64,000 nt of DNA from a virus (IMGVR_UViG_3300024255_000011:44851-108850), one strand, 5' to 3'. Counted from the first letter of the stretch, positions 30,852 through 43,100 are shown. The notes: generated by a model from the letters alone, not told the origin. Made by a program: numbers and translations.

Positions 30852-33800
30852 TTATTCTGACACAACAAGTTGCATGTCATCAATCAATGGTGCCAAGGCT
30901 GGATTGTTCGATGTCATAACTATCTTGATTGAAATGGCATCAAACTTAGCCAAATCCTGTGCAGACCAGGTAAGTGATTGCCACTCATTTGCCTGAATCA
31001 TTGCTGGGTCAACACTATCTGTGGATCTTGGTTTGATAAGATTCACATTGTTAGGTAAACCTGGAGTCCTGTAAAGAGGTAATGTCTGAGAGTAATCAGG
31101 ATCAGTTGGCCAGATGATTTCATTATCTTCTGTAACTCTTCTCTGCTCATCAGGTAGAACCTGATTAGGATTGAAGGGAATCCATGGAATCGAAGTAATG
31201 TCAGCATCAAACCCAATGTTACGAGGTCTGTAGTAAACCTTGATGGAATCAGCGGAATAGTAAACTGAAGACAACTTCAATTCAATTCCATCACACATAT
31301 TTTCAAAGACGAACAACTTAGATGTCCACTTTGCAAACACACTACCAACAACTTCTGTTTCTGGTGAGAAGACCTGAGATTGTCTGTTAACAACCTGTTT
31401 GATGCCAATGTCATTCAATTCACTCTTACTGAACACTGAAGATCTTCTGATCTTATCTCCTGGTTCGGTGTAAACCATGATTGACTTCTTGTTGCCTTCA
31501 ACTGCAGCAACTTTTGTGGAAATGTTATCAATGTCAAGTTGTTCTCCAACCTTAAGATCCACTCTCTCATTGAATGTGATAACCTTAGTGGTAGCACCAA
31601 GTGATGATGTGAGAGGTTTTGGATAATCAATCAAGTTACGAACCAAAGTCATGTTAGTGCGTTGGATGTCAAACACTGGTGACACCTTATTATCCACACT
31701 ACTCATTCTGATGGTAGTTTCAATTGACTTCTCTCCTCTCATGTGAATTCCATCATTATACTTAAGTTCATTCAAGTAGTTTGCCACTTGCATGGGTTCG
31801 TTATAATAATAACTCTCCATCAATTGAATTGGAACAATGTCATCCAAAATGTAATTGTTATTTTGGTTATACTTGATTTCTTTACCCTCACTGTCCAACA
31901 TAACAGGACTTAGACCAACAGTTTGTGTTGCTCTGTTAGTTGCACCTACCAGAGATGAACTATAAACCACAAGTCCAGTGTATGCATTAATCACCTCATA
32001 GGGTCTTCCATAAGAACATCTGATGTTAGAACCACCACCCTTGAGAGTAAGGGTTGATGGTGTACTTACCATAATGCTGAAGTGGTGAAGATCAACATCT
32101 AATACTTCATGTAAATTATTAATTTCTTCAATTGGAATTCCACCCACTGAATCTCCATCAGTTCCAGTACCAGTTACACCACTGATAGCACAATAGTCAC
32201 CAACAGAAAGACCGTGGTTATACTGATAGACCTTTAGGACTCTGGGGTTCATACCAAAGATCCTTGAACTACGTGATACATCCAGAGAACTCGTTTCAAT
32301 AGAATCCAGTTCTAGTACCTTATCAAACAAAGGTGCGTTTTGAAGGATGATGTTAGCAGAAACATTAGGTTCGAAGTCTGCTCTTCTGAGAGTAAACTTC
32401 ATATCTTGTGTCTGATCCTCTGTCCACAACGCTCCATTTTGTGACTTGAATAGTGAACCCAATACAGCGTTTCTTGTTACTCTGGTATTGGTTCCTACAA
32501 TGTCCTCACCAAGTTTAGAAACATAAGATCTGTACTCAAGTGAGTTAGGAGAAGTAAGAACAACAGCGTACTCAGTGTTGCCCATCAAGTAAACAGGTGA
32601 ACTAAACTTAAATGTAGTGGGTACACTTCCATCATCTGAGGTGGCAACACCCATGATGACTCCAGGAGTGGAGTCTTTGACCCTACAACCTGCTTCTGCG
32701 TTACCTCCCTCACCAATGATGGTTACTTGAGGAACTCTTGTGTAACCAGATCCTGGGTCTGTTAGAATGATTTCATAAACCTGTCCATCATGACCAGGAA
32801 CGTACATGGATGGATCCATCACATTATCATTGATTGGTGCAACCTTTACAACACCTGTTGCAGTTCTGCCACCAGGAAGTTCTGGAATGGAGAACTCAAC
32901 AACAGTCGTGTCATCATATTTTGTTCCCATGTTAGTCAGATCAACTCTTGTGATCTCAACTTCATCATTACAAATTGTGAAGGTGGGTTCTGCTTTGATT
33001 CCAACTAAGTTAGGACAAGTAACAATTTCACCTGGAATAAAGTCGCCATCATAGTTACTCAGAATGACATTGTAAACCTTATTCTGAACATTGGCACCTG
33101 GGTTGGCAGTTGGAGATTCAAACGTTACGTTGGATTTTATAACACCAGTGGCACCACTTTCAGTTCCATTGAGTTCGAATCCATTCTGTAGAACTGACAA
33201 ATCAACATCAGTAGGTAACTCACATCTGACTCTTAGGATAGTGTCAGGACTCTTTGTGACATGAGAATGAGGCAAGATAGTGGTTGTTGGAATTGCACCA
33301 TCTGTAGTAACAATGAATGCGTGAACTCCATGTACATTATCCTTGGATGAGAAGAATGCATCAAGTTCTGTTAAGAAAATTCCATCTGGGTTAGTATCGT
33401 CAACCAGGAATGTTTGAGCAATAGGATCTTGGTGTACAGGTTCAGGGTCCCTGATAATGATTCTCTCAATCACATCTGGTCCTCTAACATCCACATCAAC
33501 ATCAGATATGCCAGTTGATGTTAGAGTTCTTGATTGTTGATCAGTCTGTGTTGTTCTAGACTGAATGTCAGGTAGTCTGGTTGCAACAATGGTTTCCTGT
33601 TTATCCAGCATAATTCCACTGGAGGTAAACATCTTCTCTGCGTAACCTTCGAGATCCTGTTCATTCTTAGTATTAGTTGGAGAAGTAGTGAATCTCAGTA
33701 ACCTGCTTCCTGTTGCAAATGATCTGGTTGGACCAGAAGTTTGATACTGGATAGAACTCATTCTTCCGTTGAACTGAGTTCCTGGAACAGGTGGTCTACC

Positions 33801-36800
33801 ATTAGGAATGATAAACTCACCCTGAAGAACACCATCACCATCAGAAATTAGTGGTACACCAAATCCTTTTCTGTGTCTGTTTGGTGGAGCAACATATCTC
33901 TTTTTGCCATCAGGGAAGTCAGATAACATCTCATCAATTGAACACCAAGCAGTTACATCGATGTCATCAAAGAAAGCATAATATCTGGTGTTGGGTTTCA
34001 GTCTCGTGGCGGTGAAATCGATACCACCAGATCTCATTGTCTCTTGTAACTGAACATCTGTTACCCTGTCACCATAAGAAGTTCTCTTGATTGATGAAGT
34101 GTTAACATTAAATGTTGTTTGTGTTTGACTTCTAACCTGTTGTGTGGACTCAGTGGTTTCTGTAATGTTTACAGTTGCTCTACCATTTTGAGATTGTCTG
34201 GTGGATGAAGTAGAGGAAATTCCTGTGGTTTCCCAATCACCCCAAACAGTTCCCAATCCAGATGTACGCATTTCATCAGTCAGATTAACCATTGCATCAA
34301 ACAATGTGTTATCTTCAATGACCAAGTTTGGAAGTCTGGTAACATCTCTAAACGTATCAATTTCAGGATCCAGTACTAGATTACCTTTGTAGGTAAACAC
34401 AGAATAAGGTTGGAGATTTACTGTTCCAGTCGCAAATGGGTTCGTTGTGAACACACTTTGCTTATAAGGTACAGTAATGATACCATTATTATTAATGTAA
34501 TTACTTCCTTGACGTTGAAGATCTGTTTGATTCTTCTCTTCCAACTCCACTTGATCTGTGAAGTGTGGTGCTCTCAGGTGTGAGAACTTGGGATCAATAC
34601 TATTTCTGTAAGGAATTGTGCCAACATCACCCTTAGAGTGATTAGCAAATGTATCAACAACAATACCATTCTTAAATCTATCAAGACCTGTTACTGCATC
34701 CCTTACACTCATATTGAGTGCACCCTGCTCTAACAGTGACAAGGTAACCACCTGGTGGATGTTATCAACCTTTCTGTCAATGGCAGCAATGTCTGCCATT
34801 GTATAACGTCTATAATTAAACTTCTTGACGTGAATGTCTTCTACTGAGAATGTATAAGCAGGAAGGTAAAGGTCATACAACCTGATTGCAGTTGTGATGT
34901 CTGAAGGACGACGGGGACTGATTGCTGCATTACCCTCCAAGAGGATCATCTTACCATTCTTATCCAAGAAGAGTGAATCAATTCTTGGTAAGTAGTACTC
35001 AAGATCAGATTGGAATGGAGTGAATGGAATGGGTAGTCTTGGAACAAATCCATTACCACCATTAGAAGTGTCTCTATAGTTTATAGCATTGAAAGAGGAC
35101 ACACCATCAACAATGGTTGGAATCTTACTTTCTTTAGAGTTCGCACCCTCAGCAAGAGTGTTAACAATTGGTCTGAAGTCCACACAATCCCTGAGTTCAA
35201 CAACTGTGCCTTCTTTATCAGAGAGTTGAAGAGGAAGGTTTCTGCCTCTTACAAAGGTTGGGATGTCCTTATAAGGAACTCCTAAGTCATGTGTATATGA
35301 GTCAACACTGAAGAAGTCACCATCACCAGAATGTTCAAAGTACTGAAGATCAACATAAAGAGTATCCACTGCTGGTGGCATACCAGGTTTTAGATAGATT
35401 CTTGAAATGTCATAGAAATTATCTCTCTGACCATCATCTAACAGATAGTTTACAGTAACATCAACTGCTCCAGGTTCACCTGGTGCTGCTCCCATTGTAA
35501 TTTGATTGATCTTATGTACATCAGCAATTCCCAGTGATAACAAGGAGTTTGAAGGAATCTTAGAGATCTCAGTTAAGAGGTCTGATGTTTGTGGTTCAAT
35601 TTCAATAAGTGTATTCTTATCTAACTTTTGTTTTGCAATTGCATCAATAACTTGTGTTGGGGCAAGAACCTTGATGGTACAGTTTGATGGTACAGGTTCT
35701 GAAAGTTCAAACTGTGCTTGTCTGTTATCATCCTGGTTGAGAATGACATTGGTAACAACAATGCTTCTACCAACAGGTGTTACAGATGATCCACCAGTGT
35801 TCCTAATGATGGCAATGTTAACTCCAGAGGGGTCAGTAACAAACCTTTCATTATCTCTGTCAGTGGACAATGTGATGCTGGTAGCACCTTGAACAGCACT
35901 CTCAACAAACTGTCTATAAACTCTATAATTGATTCTTGTGGTGATTGGATCACTTTGGAGACTTGCTACAGTCTTAACTGGGAGACTAAAGACCAAATCC
36001 TGATCTTCATTCCCTTTACTCTTCACTCTAATTCTTTGGACAGTCTTACCTGTGACTTTATCAGGAAGTGCAGTGGTAAAGTAAATGGTGGATTGTGATC
36101 TCTGCTCACCATAACCAACAGGTTTGGTTGCAAACAACACCAGTTTAGAAACTGATTTACCTGTGTCATCTACAAATGTTACAACATCATTGGCAATCAA
36201 TTCTTCTGATGCATCACCTGAGAAGTTATCACATGTGATAAAGTTCTGTCCTGCAACACCAGAGAAGAGTGACCTGTCTGCAACATCATAAACTTCCGCA
36301 TCAACATTGTTCTGAACTGAAATGTCAGCAGAGAACTTATCAAGGTTACTTGCAGTTAGGTTTGAGTAGATCGACTTGGTTTTGGTAATCGTGTTACTGA
36401 TTTTACCTGGTGCAGTAATAGCATAACCCTTTGCTTTTGAGTTGTTTGTCTCAAGAACATAGTTTACTCTCTCATTCAGGATACTACCTTCTGGGTAGGG
36501 GAAGTTATAAAGTTTCTTACGTCCTTCTGATGTTGGGACAAACTTGTTTAGGAATGCATTGTAAGTGAAGTGTGTTCCAATCTCAAGAGTTGTTTTTGCT
36601 CCAATGGCAGACACTTTAATTTCAGTATCAGTTCCCAAGTCACCATTAGTGGTTCCTGCTGTGTAGAACTGGAAGTCCACAACCTCATTAGATTTTATAA
36701 GTCTCGAAATCTTTCTATTTGATGTTCCTTCAACAATTTGTACGAGGTTCTCACCATTCTGGAATCCACCAATTACATTGGATACCAACAAAAAGTCCTT

Positions 36801-38606
36801 AGACGATCCTGGTTCTACTGTTGCAAAGGATTGGGATTGCTGACCAAACACAAGTGATCCTTCACTCCAGTCATACTGGTTGCCATCTGAAGTTTCATCA
36901 TCAATCAGAGCAAGTTCTGTGTAATAAACAGAGGAGATGAAACCCATCTTATGAGTTGAGTTATATCCATAATATCCATCCTGTTGATCAACATACTGCT
37001 TAGGAATGAAGTAACGTGGGTGCATAACACCTGATGGTCTGGGTTTGACCACGTTAGCAATCATAATGGTTGCATTACCAATAGGTTGACCTCTCACAAA
37101 GTCTTCTTCCTCAACACCTGTCAATACACAACTGTTGAAATCATTATGGATGATGTTGTAATTATTCATCCCAAGGAAACCATCCAGATCACCAATCTCA
37201 ACATCAGCGACGATGTGAATGGTCATCTGAGGTTCTTTACCATAATAAAGTGGTCTGGATCCTGCATCAGTGGGATCTACTTTAGACTGACCAACATAAC
37301 CATCAGTAAAGTTTCTGTAAAGAGTTAATGTGTCAAAAGCAGCTGTTGACGCATTTTGAGAGATGTTCTGTAAACTTGGAAGACCATGTACATTCGTCAG
37401 AGTGAGGTTATAACCCTCTGTAATCTGAGTGAAAATGTTTGGCATGAAATTCAGATTTCTTGCCTTATTACCATAAACATAAACTGGGTTATTGTAACCA
37501 CACTCATAACCCTGAACATATGCCAAACCTGGATCTACTCTGATGGCATAAAGCCCATCTGCAGCAGTAAAGGTCAGAGGTCTCTCACTTCCACTTCTAG
37601 GGATTGGAGGATATTCACCAGTATCAGGGTCTGCGTCAAACACCCCATCAACTATTTCAGTATTGCAATACTCAAGTGGTTTGATTGCAAAGTCATTTAC
37701 AATGTAATCTCCTGATTCAGAGAATGTTCTCTTTGCAAGAATATCATACAACCAGTCCCACTTTACTGAGGTTCCAGTCTTACCGAGAATCTCACCATTC
37801 TGAATAGTTGCAAGATGAATGAAGTCGGGAGCAACTGATTCAAAATCCAGTTTGCCCAACTTAAGTGTAATTTCTAATCTATCTGCACCAGGTGCAGCGA
37901 AGTTTGAATTCCCTTGTGAATTGTCAAGTAATGAAGTGTCTTCACTTGATGTAATAAAATCTTCTAATACAAAGAATCCAACCTGATAATATGGGCGAGT
38001 TCCGTACTTGTCAAGAGTAATGGTTTGTTTCTCATTACGAACCATGAAACCATTAACATAGTAAATGCCTTCATTAACAGTAAACAGTGTACCCTTACCA
38101 ACTGGAGCAGAGTCGATGGGCTTACTGACGCCACTAACTCCAACCTTAGCTGTGTAAGCCTGTGGGGTATCTGTTTCTAATGTCTCTTGCTCTAAAAACT
38201 GAGTATATTCGTTAGTATTACCTGAATCCTCATATGTCACATAGAAGGTAAGGTCGTCATCATCCGTGGATTCAATTGCATATGTAACCCTTCCCTTCAC
38301 TCCAGAAGTAACACCAATGAAGTTATATCCCACATACTCCTGAGGGTCTGAACCATTAGTGATGGTCGATACTCTCACGTAGGAATGTGGGTTCTCAAGA
38401 GAAAACTCACCAGGGACAACATTGTCCCCATCTTTCATAAAGTGACTGGACAGTGACTGAATCTGATCCTGTAGGATTGATTGAGTTTGATTTAACTCCC
38501 TTGTCTGGATTGGAAACCCAGACTTGTACATAACACGATAAAAGTTCTTTTTGGGATTCCAATCATCATTATATGGGGGAATATTTAAGTTATGATTAGC
38601 AGGCAT
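30852..38606 (-). CDS. Large baseplate-associated structural protein (VrlC/DUF4815-like), 2584 aa
   Basis: N-terminal NLN.PPY.DD..KNFYRV..K.G.PIQTRELNQ.QS, plus APGADR, RFKNG..VD.F, DPIAQTF and GSLFKSQN..W motifs. Lies directly after gp8. Confidence 0.85.
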   Translation of the reverse strand: MPANHNLNIPPYNDDWNPKKNFYRVMYKSGFPIQTRELNQTQSILQDQIQSLSSHFMKDGDNVVPGEFSLENPHSYVRVSTITNGSDPQEYVGYNFIGVTSGVKGRVTYAIESTDDDDLTFYVTYEDSGNTNEYTQFLEQETLETDTPQAYTAKVGVSGVSKPIDSAPVGKGTLFTVNEGIYYVNGFMVRNEKQTITLDKYGTRPYYQVGFFVLEDFITSSEDTSLLDNSQGNSNFAAPGADRLEITLKLGKLDFESVAPDFIHLATIQNGEILGKTGTSVKWDWLYDILAKRTFSESGDYIVNDFAIKPLEYCNTEIVDGVFDADPDTGEYPPIPRSGSERPLTFTAADGLYAIRVDPGLAYVQGYECGYNNPVYVYGNKARNLNFMPNIFTQITEGYNLTLTNVHGLPSLQNISQNASTAAFDTLTLYRNFTDGYVGQSKVDPTDAGSRPLYYGKEPQMTIHIVADVEIGDLDGFLGMNNYNIIHNDFNSCVLTGVEEEDFVRGQPIGNATIMIANVVKPRPSGVMHPRYFIPKQYVDQQDGYYGYNSTHKMGFISSVYYTELALIDDETSDGNQYDWSEGSLVFGQQSQSFATVEPGSSKDFLLVSNVIGGFQNGENLVQIVEGTSNRKISRLIKSNEVVDFQFYTAGTTNGDLGTDTEIKVSAIGAKTTLEIGTHFTYNAFLNKFVPTSEGRKKLYNFPYPEGSILNERVNYVLETNNSKAKGYAITAPGKISNTITKTKSIYSNLTASNLDKFSADISVQNNVDAEVYDVADRSLFSGVAGQNFITCDNFSGDASEELIANDVVTFVDDTGKSVSKLVLFATKPVGYGEQRSQSTIYFTTALPDKVTGKTVQRIRVKSKGNEDQDLVFSLPVKTVASLQSDPITTRINYRVYRQFVESAVQGATSITLSTDRDNERFVTDPSGVNIAIIRNTGGSSVTPVGRSIVVTNVILNQDDNRQAQFELSEPVPSNCTIKVLAPTQVIDAIAKQKLDKNTLIEIEPQTSDLLTEISKIPSNSLLSLGIADVHKINQITMGAAPGEPGAVDVTVNYLLDDGQRDNFYDISRIYLKPGMPPAVDTLYVDLQYFEHSGDGDFFSVDSYTHDLGVPYKDIPTFVRGRNLPLQLSDKEGTVVELRDCVDFRPIVNTLAEGANSKESKIPTIVDGVSSFNAINYRDTSNGGNGFVPRLPIPFTPFQSDLEYYLPRIDSLFLDKNGKMILLEGNAAISPRRPSDITTAIRLYDLYLPAYTFSVEDIHVKKFNYRRYTMADIAAIDRKVDNIHQVVTLSLLEQGALNMSVRDAVTGLDRFKNGIVVDTFANHSKGDVGTIPYRNSIDPKFSHLRAPHFTDQVELEEKNQTDLQRQGSNYINNNGIITVPYKQSVFTTNPFATGTVNLQPYSVFTYKGNLVLDPEIDTFRDVTRLPNLVIEDNTLFDAMVNLTDEMRTSGLGTVWGDWETTGISSTSSTRQSQNGRATVNITETTESTQQVRSQTQTTFNVNTSSIKRTSYGDRVTDVQLQETMRSGGIDFTATRLKPNTRYYAFFDDIDVTAWCSIDEMLSDFPDGKKRYVAPPNRHRKGFGVPLISDGDGVLQGEFIIPNGRPPVPGTQFNGRMSSIQYQTSGPTRSFATGSRLLRFTTSPTNTKNEQDLEGYAEKMFTSSGIMLDKQETIVATRLPDIQSRTTQTDQQSRTLTSTGISDVDVDVRGPDVIERIIIRDPEPVHQDPIAQTFLVDDTNPDGIFLTELDAFFSSKDNVHGVHAFIVTTDGAIPTTTILPHSHVTKSPDTILRVRCELPTDVDLSVLQNGFELNGTESGATGVIKSNVTFESPTANPGANVQNKVYNVILSNYDGDFIPGEIVTCPNLVGIKAEPTFTICNDEVEITRVDLTNMGTKYDDTTVVEFSIPELPGGRTATGVVKVAPINDNVMDPSMYVPGHDGQVYEIILTDPGSGYTRVPQVTIIGEGGNAEAGCRVKDSTPGVIMGVATSDDGSVPTTFKFSSPVYLMGNTEYAVVLTSPNSLEYRSYVSKLGEDIVGTNTRVTRNAVLGSLFKSQNGALWTEDQTQDMKFTLRRADFEPNVSANIILQNAPLFDKVLELDSIETSSLDVSRSSRIFGMNPRVLKVYQYNHGLSVGDYCAISGVTGTGTDGDSVGGIPIEEINNLHEVLDVDLHHFSIMVSTPSTLTLKGGGSNIRCSYGRPYEVINAYTGLVVYSSSLVGATNRATQTVGLSPVMLDSEGKEIKYNQNNNYILDDIVPIQLMESYYYNEPMQVANYLNELKYNDGIHMRGEKSIETTIRMSSVDNKVSPVFDIQRTNMTLVRNLIDYPKPLTSSLGATTKVITFNERVDLKVGEQLDIDNISTKVAAVEGNKKSIMVYTEPGDKIRRSSVFSKSELNDIGIKQVVNRQSQVFSPETEVVGSVFAKWTSKLFVFENMCDGIELKLSSVYYSADSIKVYYRPRNIGFDADITSIPWIPFNPNQVLPDEQRRVTEDNEIIWPTDPDYSQTLPLYRTPGLPNNVNLIKPRSTDSVDPAMIQANEWQSLTWSAQDLAKFDAISIKIVMTSNNPALAPLIDDMQLVVSE

Positions 38607-38628
38607 CTAACTGTTACTTTTCAGTTAT

Positions 38629-40149
38629 TTAGAAGGTGATGGTGAGGCTTACTCTCTCGCTCTGAGTTGGCGTTCTGGTGATTGGTGACAGGTTTGTTAG
38701 GTAAGTCATATAACCAGAATACTTTGCGATTTCTGGTCCAGCGTAACCTTTGAAAAATGACAATCCCATAAAGTCATCAATAAAGAAAATATCTGGACTT
38801 ACAATCTTCCCACTCTCAGACCCAATAATCTGATTCTCTCTCTTCAACTTATACGTCTGTCCTTTGTGGTCTACTGTTGAATCATTGTAAACCACTCTTA
38901 GGATACTGTTTTCTGAGTCCCAACCAACAACCAATCCAGTAGCAGTTTCTGCTTGATAAAAATACTCTGCTTCTTGTGTAACCAACTCACCAATAATGAA
39001 GTCTCCTGGACCATTAACATTCTCAACTTTGATTGCATGGACTGCATTCAATGTGTCATTGTTCTTAAAATCATCATCTGAGAATTCCACTTCCTTCAGA
39101 ATTCCAATCTGTCTAAACTGGGTGTCAGTAAAGAAGTCTGTTAGGTTATCTTTGAGATTTGCAAACACACAAACAGTCCTTGATGACAACTGTCTTGATA
39201 ATTGCTCCTTTGCTCTCTTCTCAAAATCAATAATCTCTTCCCTGATTCTCATTGAGGCACCCCAACCACCAGGAGGAGAAATGATAACTGTGGACCTGAA
39301 TCTGCCATCACCTTGTGGGTTTAGTCCATTTCTCTTATCATCAAGTTGTGCTAACCCCTTATAAACTCTCCCTGATGCCCAATCCAACTTAGCGTGAGTG
39401 TAACCACTTCCTGGTCTTATAATCTCAACCTCAGTTACAACACCTCTCCTTATTCTAACTTTAGCAACTGCACCAAATCCATCACCAACAATGTTACAGT
39501 AGTAATCTGGAACATCTGCAATTGGACCTTCTGGGTTGTTGGTAAACCTACTTCCACCATCATCAACCAATACAGTAAACACTGCCCCTGGTTCAGTATC
39601 TGTTACATCATCTGATGTAATTGGAATTAGATTATTAGTAGCATAGTTCTTTTGATTGAATGTATCAACCTTAAACAACTTCAACCACTGATAACCATCA
39701 GAAGTAACAAAGGGTACATCTGCAATGTTCTGTGGTTCAACTAAGGATGGTTTGTCATAGTTGTTAAAAAGACAAACATAAACATAGTTATTACTACTCA
39801 ACACATAATACACAGCATCAAAGAGGTTAGACGCCCCAGAAAATGATGGTGTCTCTTTGTTATAATCGTGTCTGTACATATCAAACACAGTTCCTGAGTG
39901 CCAGGAAATCCTGGGAATCATCATGTGTACATCTAAGTCATTGATTCTTTTCAATGACAACATATCATTGTGAACCTGATAGTATTCCTTAAAGTTGTTG
40001 GTAGGAATAGGTGGCTCTGCATCATTTGGCCATGGTTGTGACTTACCAATAAACAGGTAAGCACTTGCATCACCATCTGCTTCATTGTATGATTCGATTA
40101 AGTTTTGTGCATTCCTAGTTCTAGAATCGTTAGAATTTAGCGTCGCCAT
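38629..40149 (-). CDS. gp8: Baseplate wedge subunit gp8
   Basis: YLFIG..QPW, IPR..W.SGT..DMYRHDY, VY.C..N and TSDGYQW motifs. Synteny after gp7. Confidence 0.9.
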   Translation of the reverse strand: MATLNSNDSRTRNAQNLIESYNEADGDASAYLFIGKSQPWPNDAEPPIPTNNFKEYYQVHNDMLSLKRINDLDVHMMIPRISWHSGTVFDMYRHDYNKETPSFSGASNLFDAVYYVLSSNNYVYVCLFNNYDKPSLVEPQNIADVPFVTSDGYQWLKLFKVDTFNQKNYATNNLIPITSDDVTDTEPGAVFTVLVDDGGSRFTNNPEGPIADVPDYYCNIVGDGFGAVAKVRIRRGVVTEVEIIRPGSGYTHAKLDWASGRVYKGLAQLDDKRNGLNPQGDGRFRSTVIISPPGGWGASMRIREEIIDFEKRAKEQLSRQLSSRTVCVFANLKDNLTDFFTDTQFRQIGILKEVEFSDDDFKNNDTLNAVHAIKVENVNGPGDFIIGELVTQEAEYFYQAETATGLVVGWDSENSILRVVYNDSTVDHKGQTYKLKRENQIIGSESGKIVSPDIFFIDDFMGLSFFKGYAGPEIAKYSGYMTYLTNLSPITRTPTQSERVSLTITF

Positions 40150-40174
40150 TCTATCTCTACTTTTTGTTATTTAT

Positions 40175-43100
40175 TTACAAGAATTGTACTTCATCCACCT
40201 TGAAGGTTTGGGTCTTCATGTCATTAACCCTTAGGTCAGCAAACATAATAAACCCACTTGGATGAATTACTTTCTTGACTGTTGAATCATAAATTGATTT
40301 CTCTAAAGGAGAAGAGATAACATAAGAGAACCACTGATAATAATAAGAGTCTTGGATGACAGCATAAGATTCACTTATCTTAGAAGTATCATCTAAGAAG
40401 TCTCCCCTTGGTGAAGAAACTCCATCAACAACAATTCTTGCATCAGATTGACCTTCAAGAATAACCATTCCATTGCCACCACGCTCAGTAAACAACATCT
40501 CTCCAGATTTCAACTTGCCACTTACATTAGCAAGTGTGATGATTTGATTATGTGGCTCATAATCAACAACTGTAGCTGTCACCATATCATAGAAGTCTGT
40601 GCCTTGATACGCGGTATCACCAATTTTAAACTCATCAGTTGGATTCAAAAGAACGACTCTTGTGTGAATCATCAACTCTGGTTTTAGTGATCTGTCAGGA
40701 GAAATCTTTCTCCCTGGATCCACAACCTCTAATGACTTAAGTTTACCAATGTCTTCTGTTAGTGGCAAATACTTACCTTTACTCTCAACCAAAATCAACT
40801 CAGGTTCCACATAATCAGTTCCTGGTTTTACAATTTTGATCTCAACAATGGCACCATTCTCAACAATTACATCAGCCTCAGCACCATAACCACTCTGTAT
40901 CAAATCAACAAATATGGCTCTGGGTTTAGAATACCTGTTTCCACCATATTCAATTTGAACTTCCTTGATGGATGTTCCATCCATAATGATCTTGGTGGTT
41001 GCTCTATCAACATACTTTTTATAAAGTCCCTCAATCTTAGGTAATGTTTCATACTGATAACCAGGTGAAGTAACTTTTACAAGTGCTGCTTCATTCTGTG
41101 GATACTTGGAAGATGTGTAATAAGAAAGATGATCATCTTCTCCCAATGTGCTTGGTGTGTAGATATTGAACTGATTCTTATCTAAGAACTTAGGCCAGAT
41201 AATCTTACATGTGTCCTGTCTGTAATGAATGCCACCATATTCAACATTGATTTGCTTAATGTAACCACCCTCAGATAATGGAGCAACAATACAATAAGCG
41301 TATCCACCAACACCACCATTACCATAGAACCAGATGTAGAAGTTATCTGGATAATACTTACCTCTGAAGGTCAGTTCAACATCAATAACTTTACCATCCT
41401 CAACAATACCATAACCCTCTGCTGGCTCAACAAAACCAGATTCAACAACTTCAAAGGTTTTGCCTCTGAGTTCATCATGGACAGTTTCATTGATAATTAC
41501 CTGGTCACCTGCTCTCTGCATGTGTGGAACTTTAGTCCTGATGGTGTACAGAGACCTTGTCATGTTAAAGGTAGGAGTACCATCCAACAACTCCTTAATG
41601 TATGGGTCACCCCTTCTTACCACTGCTGCAGCAGGTGTTCCACCCTCAGCAATACTAACAATATAAGCTTCTTCAATGCCACTGGTTCCAGGTGCACCAT
41701 TGATAAATCTAATCTTGTCATCAGGATAGAAGTGTTTTAGTTGCTCAAACCAAATGTAATTCAATCCAAGATACTTCAGAAGTAAGTCATCATCCAAGTC
41801 ACCAGGTGGGAAGATTGGACCTGGTCTTAGTGGAGGTTTATTTCCATCACCACTAGGATCATGTGCAGACACATCAGTTGCATACTTGTTAGGCATGATA
41901 CCTAATGGGTTGGTAATAATCCACTGAGATTGTCCTCTGGATCTAAACCTGATGTACATCTTACCTGTTATAGGTGACCACCACATCACACCATCTCTCA
42001 ATGCTGTACCATCTGGCATCGCTCTTGGTTGAGTCAGTTTTACAATGACAAAAAGTGATGTTTCATATTGATGTTTCCATGGGTGTTCTCTTTCTGGGGT
42101 GTACCAGTTTGGTACATCTGATGCACCTTCACCTGAAGGTGGATGTTCACCAGGAATCCAACCATTGGGGTCTGTACATATCCACTGTTCTCCATACCAC
42201 ATGTACAGGAGTGCAGTTTGTGGAGACCACCACATGTCACCATATTGGAGTGGACCACCACTCTTACGCTCACTTGGTGCCCAGTTAGAAATAGTTGTTA
42301 GGAGGGCTTCCTGCTCCTTCTGGATACCTGAGGATCCATTGGGATCATCAAACCCATGTGACTTATCTAAAGCACCAACAGTTGGGAGAGTGCCAGTTGG
42401 TTGAGTACAAACCCATTGCTTGGATCCATCTTCATCAACATACCAGATAAACAACCTTCCTGTCTGATTAGAATACCAGAGGTCCCCAGCAACTAATTCC
42501 TCAAGTTCTACATTTGGTTCAATAACACCAAAATAAGTTGTGGATCCCAATGAAGTCAAAACTCCACTTTCAGTTTTATCTAACTTTTCATCTGCATACA
42601 ATCTTAATAGGTGTTGGTCATCCTCAGACAGAATCTCCAACATTTCTTCTGTATTAACATTATAATTCTTAAGAATAATGTTGCCCTGATTATCAATAAT
42701 GTTTGGAATAAGAATCAGTTGCTTCCTGTTATCTCTGATTGTGTCTCCATATTGTATGAGGTTTTTGGATGTAATAATGATAGTAACATCACTGGTTTCC
42801 ACATCATAATCCCACACAACGCCTTTTGCATAAGATGAGGAAATGATTCCAGTACCTCTAACAAACACATGTGACCTGTCACCAATAAACTCACTTCCAT
42901 CTGGATTCAGGAACTGACAGGCATTCAAATTAACAATCTGAATGTGTGAGATAACAACAGTTCTAATATCTTCACCCACAGAGTCCTTAACTGGTTCTCC
43001 CTTAATGAAAGACACTCTACCTTCTGCACCTGCACCACCAGTGTCATAATTATCAACATAAGTGATATCACCAACTTTAGTGGTGTTTGGTAATCCACTC

